Positions 56,305 to 64,000 of a stretch of 64,000 nt of DNA are shown here, in pieces (the stretch's first letter is position 1; every line of letters starts with the position of its first letter). Source of the DNA: Utricularia gibba (taxonomy: Eukaryota > Plantae > Magnoliophyta); contig NEEC01000007.1 in assembly GCA_002189035.1 (NCBI GenBank), positions 558,001 through 622,000 of the forward strand, read 5' to 3'. Position numbers and translations under genes: made by a program. The notes below the pieces were generated by a model. It was not told where the DNA came from and made no database searches. It saw only the letters and a program-made list of their open reading frames with translations.

Positions 56305-57554
56305 TTATCGCAGTCCAAAGATCTCTTCTGGAGGATCGTAAACCCGTTGATCTGGAAAAATTTCCTCAAAGTCCTGCTTCACCTTGTTCCTCAGGAGGGG
56401 ATGTGGCAAGAGGCCCTTCAAAAGAATCCTGAAGGGCAGTTGCTCCGGAGGATCAGGTGATTTCTTCATGTCCTCGAAAATGTTCATGGCGTCGGCCGGA
56501 GAACCGTCGTGGAGAAAGCCACGGATGACTTCTGTGTAGGTTTGGGAGTCCGGGAACAAATTCTCCTTTCTCATGTCTTCCCACAGCTTCATCACTTCAG
56601 TCATCCTCCTACGACGAGCCAGTGCCATGATCAAATCCTTGTAAAGGTACACATCTGACTGGTACCAGTATTGTTTCTGAATAACTCTGAACACCTGAAG
56701 ATGTACAGCGCCATTGCTATCAGAACAAGGTGCTCAATCTAAAAAGGGAATTTGAAAATGCTCAAACCGGTTACTGAGGAGTCATTCTATAGAAAAGATC
56801 AGACCAAAGTTGTCTGTGATTCTGAAACAATGTCTATATACTGCTCTTTTGGCATCCCAAACATTACCAAGACTCTTCCATAATTGATTTAGTTCATGCT
56901 TCTACCAAGATGTTAGAAAAGTCTCTGTATTCTACTTTATGCGAAGATCTGTCACTAGAATTCACTCGGAAACAGTTCCATTCTGACAGAAAAAAAAAAA
57001 CTTTCACTTTGCATGAAACGAAGACTCTGTAAACATGATAACTTGAATATTATACAATAGGTAAAGACATGAAAGATTAAACCTTTGGAATCTGAATTAC
57101 TTGAACGCGAAACCCAGTGAAGCTTTGTTGAGGTTAGAACCGTAGAACAATTGAAAAGGGAAAGATCAAGAAACCCGAAATGACCCACCTTGACGGCCAG
57201 ACTGACCTCTTCCTGGCGCTCGAGCTCATTGAGAACAGCGACCATGTCCATTTTCAGAAGCCTGAGCACATGGGTTTTGGTAAATTTATCAAGTTTCTCT
57301 TCATCCGCCTTGAACCGCTTCATGCTCTGAATAACGAAAAGGGCCTCTTTCCCGATCATTTTCTTGCCTCTCCAAAGAGGTCCCCTTGGCCGGCCGTCAT
57401 GGTAGGATCCAAAGCCTCCCAATCTCCGCCAAAAAGGGTGGCCGATGAGCGACGGCGGCGGAGAGGGCGAAAGAAGAGATTTGGAAGGGAAAAGGAGTTC
57501 AATTAGGGACTTGGAGGTGAGAATCTTGGGAATGAATCTCGAAACTCCGGCCAT
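56305..57554 (-). CDS. Short PPR protein, THA8-like family, 2 exons
   Basis: HDGRPRGPLWRGKKMIGKEALFVI; LRLLKMDMVAVLNELERQ; WYQSDVYLYKDLI; FPDSQTYTEVIRGFL; LPFRILLKGL; YDPPEEIFG. Confidence 0.92.
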
Positions 57555-57741
57555 GGCCGCAAGTCTCCAGTTCACTTCTCTCGTACCCTACTAATTTGTA
57601 ATAAAAAGTAAAAAAGATCTGGTCTTTATGCTTTATATTTTCTAGGGCTTATTTCAGCGAGCAATTGGATTCAGAACAGCTTGGCTCCCAAGAATCCCAG
57701 TTGCCCAGAACTTGCAAGGGCAGTTTTTGTTCTGTATCGGG

Positions 57742-58765
57742 ATGATGAAGCAGATGAGTACAACTCTCTTCGGGGTCATTATTTTGTGGATCGTAATCCC
57801 AGTTCTCAGCATCAGGTTCCCGGCGGAACTTTCCGGGAACCAAGATGCTAAATCCGAACGCACCCTCAAGACTGCGGTTTTCGCGATGGGGAGCTTTTGG
57901 AGATCCGAGGCCGTTTTTGGATGTCTCACCGGAGTCGAACGAACAGCTGCCGTTTACGGCGGTGGTTCAAAAACGAACCCCGAGTACCGACGGGTCGGAG
58001 ATCACGCAGAGTGCGTTCAGGTTGATTCTTCCCCCATTTGAAAGTGAAGATCACCAGTTTTCAGCTGTTTATATATTTCATTGCAGGTTGAATATGATCC
58101 CAAGGTCATAGGCTTCCAACAACTGCTCGATGTATTCTGGAGCAACCATGATTCTACTCAAGTATTTGGCCAAGGTCCTGACGTTGGGAATCAATATAGG
58201 CATGCTGCTGATCCCCTTCATTGTGTACACACAGAAGCATGTAGTAAACGTTTATAGTGCACAGGTCGATAATATTCACGAACGGAACCGACGAATCGAG
58301 GTTGGCGGCTCTTAGCAAACAGAGGGAGCAAGCTCGGTCCAAGGACCATGTTGTGACAACGCAAGTACAGCAGCTGGGCACAATCTACCTTGCGGAGCCT
58401 CAACATCAGGTCCAGCATTCCTTATCTTCTACACACCTCTGTAGAAATCTATCTTTGCTTTCTAGTTCGTGGTCTTTGATGGCTGTTTCTTGGCGGCGTT
58501 TTGTTTAAAGATGAAGTCTCATCTTATGTGATCATAGCCTGAGAACAAAGCTCTGCTCCTTTTGCAGAAATTCGAGCTTCAAAGGAATCCCTTTTACATG
58601 CTACTGATTGGAAATTTAACTGAAGATGAGCTTCGTACTTCAAGTTTAGCTGCAAAGCTTAATGGATATGCAGCCGGTCTTTGTCCGCGAAAGAGACAGC
58701 TGCAGATTGATGCCAAGATTGAAGCCATTAAGAGAAAAGGTTGGCCTGTTCTGAGGGAGTTTTAG
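57742..58765 (+). CDS. MSRA5: Peptide methionine sulfoxide reductase A5-like, with signal peptide, 4 exons
   Basis: TAVFAMGSFWRSEAVFGC; NPEYRRVGDHAECVQVEYDP; HDSTQVFGQGPDVGNQYRSIIF; AEPQHQKFEL; KLNGYAAGLC; KGWPVLREF*. Confidence 0.92.
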
Positions 58766-59227
58766 TTCTTCTTAGTTATACATGGAGATGCAGCCATTCC
58801 TTAGCTTTTGTATCACTGATTCTGTATCAGATGCCAGATATGATGACAAATAACTTAAAACACTGAAAGATCAACTCAGTGATGTAAGGAGAAGCCAAGG
58901 GAACATTTCCTTCAGTCTGTTTTGGCCTCCAAAAGCGCAAAAACAAAAATCCATTGATTACAAACAGATCTCACAAATTTCTTCTACAGTCAAATACTGT
59001 ACAATTCAATGTGAACGCATAGAGTATGTGAGCTGAGTGGTCTCATCCCCTCACCTCAGGTCACATGCTCTATTCAAAGGGAAACAACTCCTGAATCATG
59101 TGGTATCGCCTCACTATACACATTCAGCCAATTATGCATATTATTCAGAAAGCATAAGGATAAACAAACATCTTGATCATGTAGGTGATCTCACCACAGA
59201 ATGCATATTACACAGCCCCATATTTGA

Positions 59228-60788
59228 TCAAGATATGCCAATTGTTTTGTTCAATATCCACAGTGTGAGAGAAAGCTGAATGGCAAATATAGTATGCAGC
59301 AATGTCCTGTCCAGCATGAATCCATAAACTGTGATTCCTGCTCTGTTGTGCTCAAAATATGTGACTGCATGCATTGCATCGTTTTTTAGAAATAAATCAC
59401 ATCAAAAGCAAGTCAATGAACAGCGTTGGTTAGACTCAAGGCATATTGTATCACAATAGGAGGAAAAACTGACCTAAGGCTTGCCTCTTCTGGTATGATA
59501 TCGTGCTCGTGTACGCAGGCATGAGGTTAGTGTTATCAAGCATGTTATCTCCATCCCCTTCCTCTGCATCTTCATCATAATGGGAACTATGTCCTTCTGG
59601 CAATGAAACAATGGGAGTCAGGCAAATTTTATCACCTTCTTCATCGAATGAGCTCATGGTGGCAAAAGCATGCCATTTAGCAGCAAGGGATGTAACAGAC
59701 TGTGCCCGGTGAGTGATCTTCGCCGCACTTTGCAAGCAGATGAAGAGCCCTGTTACCAAAGTTACAGAGCATAGCTGCAATGAAGATAGATTTCCATGAG
59801 ACCCTATACAAAATGATTCAGCAGAAATGCAAGGATTGGGAAACTTGCAGCGACTTCTCCGGCTGAGAAGAGATTGACTGGGGAGCTAGGTTTTGTAGTG
59901 ACAAGCAGTGAAAAGAACTGGCTTACAGTCACCAGAATCAAGGTAGATAAAATGAACAACCTAAAACGATGGCTAATCACACGAAGGTTCCTTCTGATGC
60001 GAAGATGCTCCATCAAGATTGAAGCAACATCAGATTGCTTGTCGAACACCTGGGCGAAGTCCTCTAATCTCAAGATTTGTAGAAAGCATGTCAGACGAAA
60101 GAGGATGCAGACAAGAAAACAGATTGAGATACGGTAGAGCCATGAGCACATCAAGAGCACGCAGACAACCACTTTGCTCAAGACCATGTTGTAAAAGTAC
60201 GGAATTTGGGTCCCTCCTGAGCTGAACCACCATATCTTGTAGGCACTGTCAACCACGAAACATGGGAGAACGAATGCTGAAAGAAGCTTCATTGAATGCT
60301 GCCAACAAGATATCAGCTAAATCTTTAGCAGAAAGCCCAAGGTTGAATCGGGAAACAAGCATGCAATATAAGAATTAGAAGCTTGCCTGAATCTGCTGAG
60401 TGTATCCTCGCCGAACTTTCTCGCTCTCATTGCATAACTTATCAAGAAACAGAAACTTTTGAAGGCCGTATCTACGCCCAAAGACAAAAATACTAATGAA
60501 AGAAAACGCTGCAAATAGTGACAGGGACAATTGGACAACTGAGTCGAATGGCCTCTGATGGCTTCCGTCACAATCGGTGCAAGAAAAAAAGAAGTGGGAT
60601 ATAAGCGGAACAACAACATCGAGCAGCAGAAAGATCGAACAAGATAGGCTAGCTTTCCAAACATTAGAATAATCAAAGAACACCCATTTTAGGCTTAACG
60701 TCATCTGAAAACTGGGATCCTCAAACGCTTCTCCAGAAGAAATTAACTTGTCTGAGGGCAAGAAAATCTCTTTCACCCCGTCCTCCAT
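59228..60788 (-). CDS. DUF3537 multi-pass membrane protein, 4 exons
   Basis: LKWVFFDYSN; RRYGLQKFLFLDKL; AYKIWWF; ILMEHLRIRRNLRVISHRFRLFI; QSAAKITHRAQ; ISYQKRQALVTYFEHNRAGITVYGFMLDR. Confidence 0.9.
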
Positions 60789-61599
60789 AAGGGATCTCAA
60801 TATCTTCCGTTGGTTCAGCAAAGCGACCAAAATAGTGAAGCCACAGGAAGAAACTGGGGATTGTTTAACTTAGAATCTACCCAAAAGCTAATCACAACCT
60901 GTGGATCATGATTTGCTTGCTGTGGTAGGGACATGATTGAACTACTCTTCCCCCTTCACAAGCAACACATGGGCCTCCATGAAAGGTTACCAGTTAGATA
61001 TCATCTCAACTTCACAATTCATATAAAAATCATATTTTTAAACGAAAGCACACAACTTTATTCGAACATAGTCATCACTGAATGTTTGAATCAACCCAGA
61101 ATTATTGATGGTAAAAGTAAAAGAGTCAAATAAACCAAAAGATGAAAAAACGTATGGTTCGAGTTGCCCCAGAATCCCAGATGGCAGAAGACAGCGTTTT
61201 CTCTCATTCTAGTTGCCCGGATGGCATATGGCAAGGCAAAGCCGTGTGAGGCTGTGAGTAGTCCACTTTTCCCTTTTATTTATAATTATTGAATATATTT
61301 GTATTATTATTGCGTTTTTTAATATTTTTTGAATATATAATTTACCCTTTCCATTTTAATTTACTTTTTAAAATTTATTTCTCAATTTTTTTTATATATT
61401 TGGTAATATTATTTTAATGAGAAAGAGATTTTGGTTGACTGAGGGTGGTTTAGAACCATTCCGAGCTTACCCCTACAGCAGGATATATATATATATATAC
61501 TTGGAGGGGCAACGACGATGAGTCCAGGGATCCCACGGAATTGGAATTTCTCACCCGTAAGATTCAAGAACTTCGCAGGATCTTCTAACAAATCTTTGA

Positions 61600-62872
<1,273 letters not shown>

Positions 62873-64000
62873 CTGGATGCATAGTCAGTCTCAGGCACAG
62901 CTCCACAGAATTACAACAATAGTAATCTCTACACAGAAAATGTACTCCCTCTAACGAGCGGGGTACCTTAGGTTTGTCGTCTATCTTCGGTAGACTAGAA
63001 TGCTACTTGAATAGCTTCAACAATTAAGTACAAAAGTAGCTGCTGATTTGTTGCCGTACCTTTTCAAATATATATTAATAAGAACCGGTGTGGCAGAGGC
63101 GAAACCAGAGGTCAACCCTCTATTCCGGTGGGCCGGAGACGAGCTCTTGATAGCTCGCCCGTGCCGCTGACCTTCCCAAAGGAAAAAAAATTTGTGTACT
63201 TGTGAAATGACGATAAGGTACTCGATAAAGGTCATTAAATTTTAAATTTAAAAATTGTTTTTTAATTCACAATGTTTTAATTATTTTCATTTTACAGTAA
63301 AATATTTTAATTTATGCAAAATACAGTCAATAAATTCAGTCAATAAGTTTATCAATAAATTCAATTTATGTCATATCAGTTAAAAACTATTTTAAAAATT
63401 TTTAAAATTTGAGATAAATATTTTTAAATAGAATTAAAATTTAATATACATTTTTAAAAAATATTATACAGTTATTAAAAATTATGAAAAAAATACTAAA
63501 AAATTATGAAAAATTATTACAATTTTTTCTAGTTTCATTTATTATAATTTACTACAAAATGGTATTATAGAAATAATAATTCTATATACAAAACTTCTTT
63601 TATCTCTTCGTATTTCAATTTTAATCAAAGATATTTATGCAAATTTAAGTATCAAAATGAAAGGTTTGTTAGTATCTGTGATATAGTTGGTGTAATCGAA
63701 GAAGAAACATATGAGAATGACGTAGTACTTTAGAGAAAGTATAAGAATGCATTATCTATGTTCACGTATTACTATTAAGATGTTTAAATCTAAAAAAAAT
63801 TAGATAATGTAAGTATCATAGAAGAAATATTAAAAATTGAGAAAAATAATTTTTAAAAATTTAAAATATTTATAAAAATATATATTGAATTTTAGTTATA
63901 TTTAAAAATATATATATCAAATTATAAAAATTTTTAAAATATTTTTTGACCGAAATGCCATAAATTGAATTTATTTGTAAACTTTTTAACCGAATTTTAC

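Noticed and set aside
63230-64000. AT-rich tail as satellite or centromeric repeat
   Set aside because: Only short imperfect direct repeats, with no consistent period.

Overview
Gene-dense plant (eudicot-type) nuclear DNA with about 21 protein-coding genes in 64 kb, short mostly GT-AG introns and AT-rich spacers. I recognised no transposon ORF, rRNA, tRNA or CRISPR array. Gene order: GH9C endoglucanase (-, runs off the left edge), S-domain receptor kinase (+), FQR1-type quinone reductase (+), C2H2/PARP-like-fold protein (-), HSA32 (-), CEP peptide precursor (+), AUGMIN3 (+), ERdj7-like J protein (+), RIC/CRIB protein (+), intronless SmE (-), PDF2/ATML1-type HD-ZIP IV (+), HSP70-16 (+), GPI-anchored protein (-), S40/DUF584 (-), TYW3-Kelch-TYW2 fusion (-), PMP22 (-), DapB (-), THA8-like PPR (-), MSRA5 (+), DUF3537 (-), PFA-DSP (+). 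All family calls come from manual translation and recalled motifs, not database searches. Eleven single-base deletions, mostly in G/C runs, break 7 otherwise intact genes; these are most likely consensus or sequencing errors rather than pseudogenes. I cannot claim a proven new biological system. The best leads are: a whole-intron tandem duplication that could switch a GPI-anchored protein to an unanchored isoform; an 18-bp hairpin next to a conserved motif in the HD-ZIP IV 3' UTR; a PARP-like H-F-E motif set in an uncharacterised zinc-finger protein; an intronless SmE; and an orphan perfect heat-shock element beside an interstitial telomeric array.
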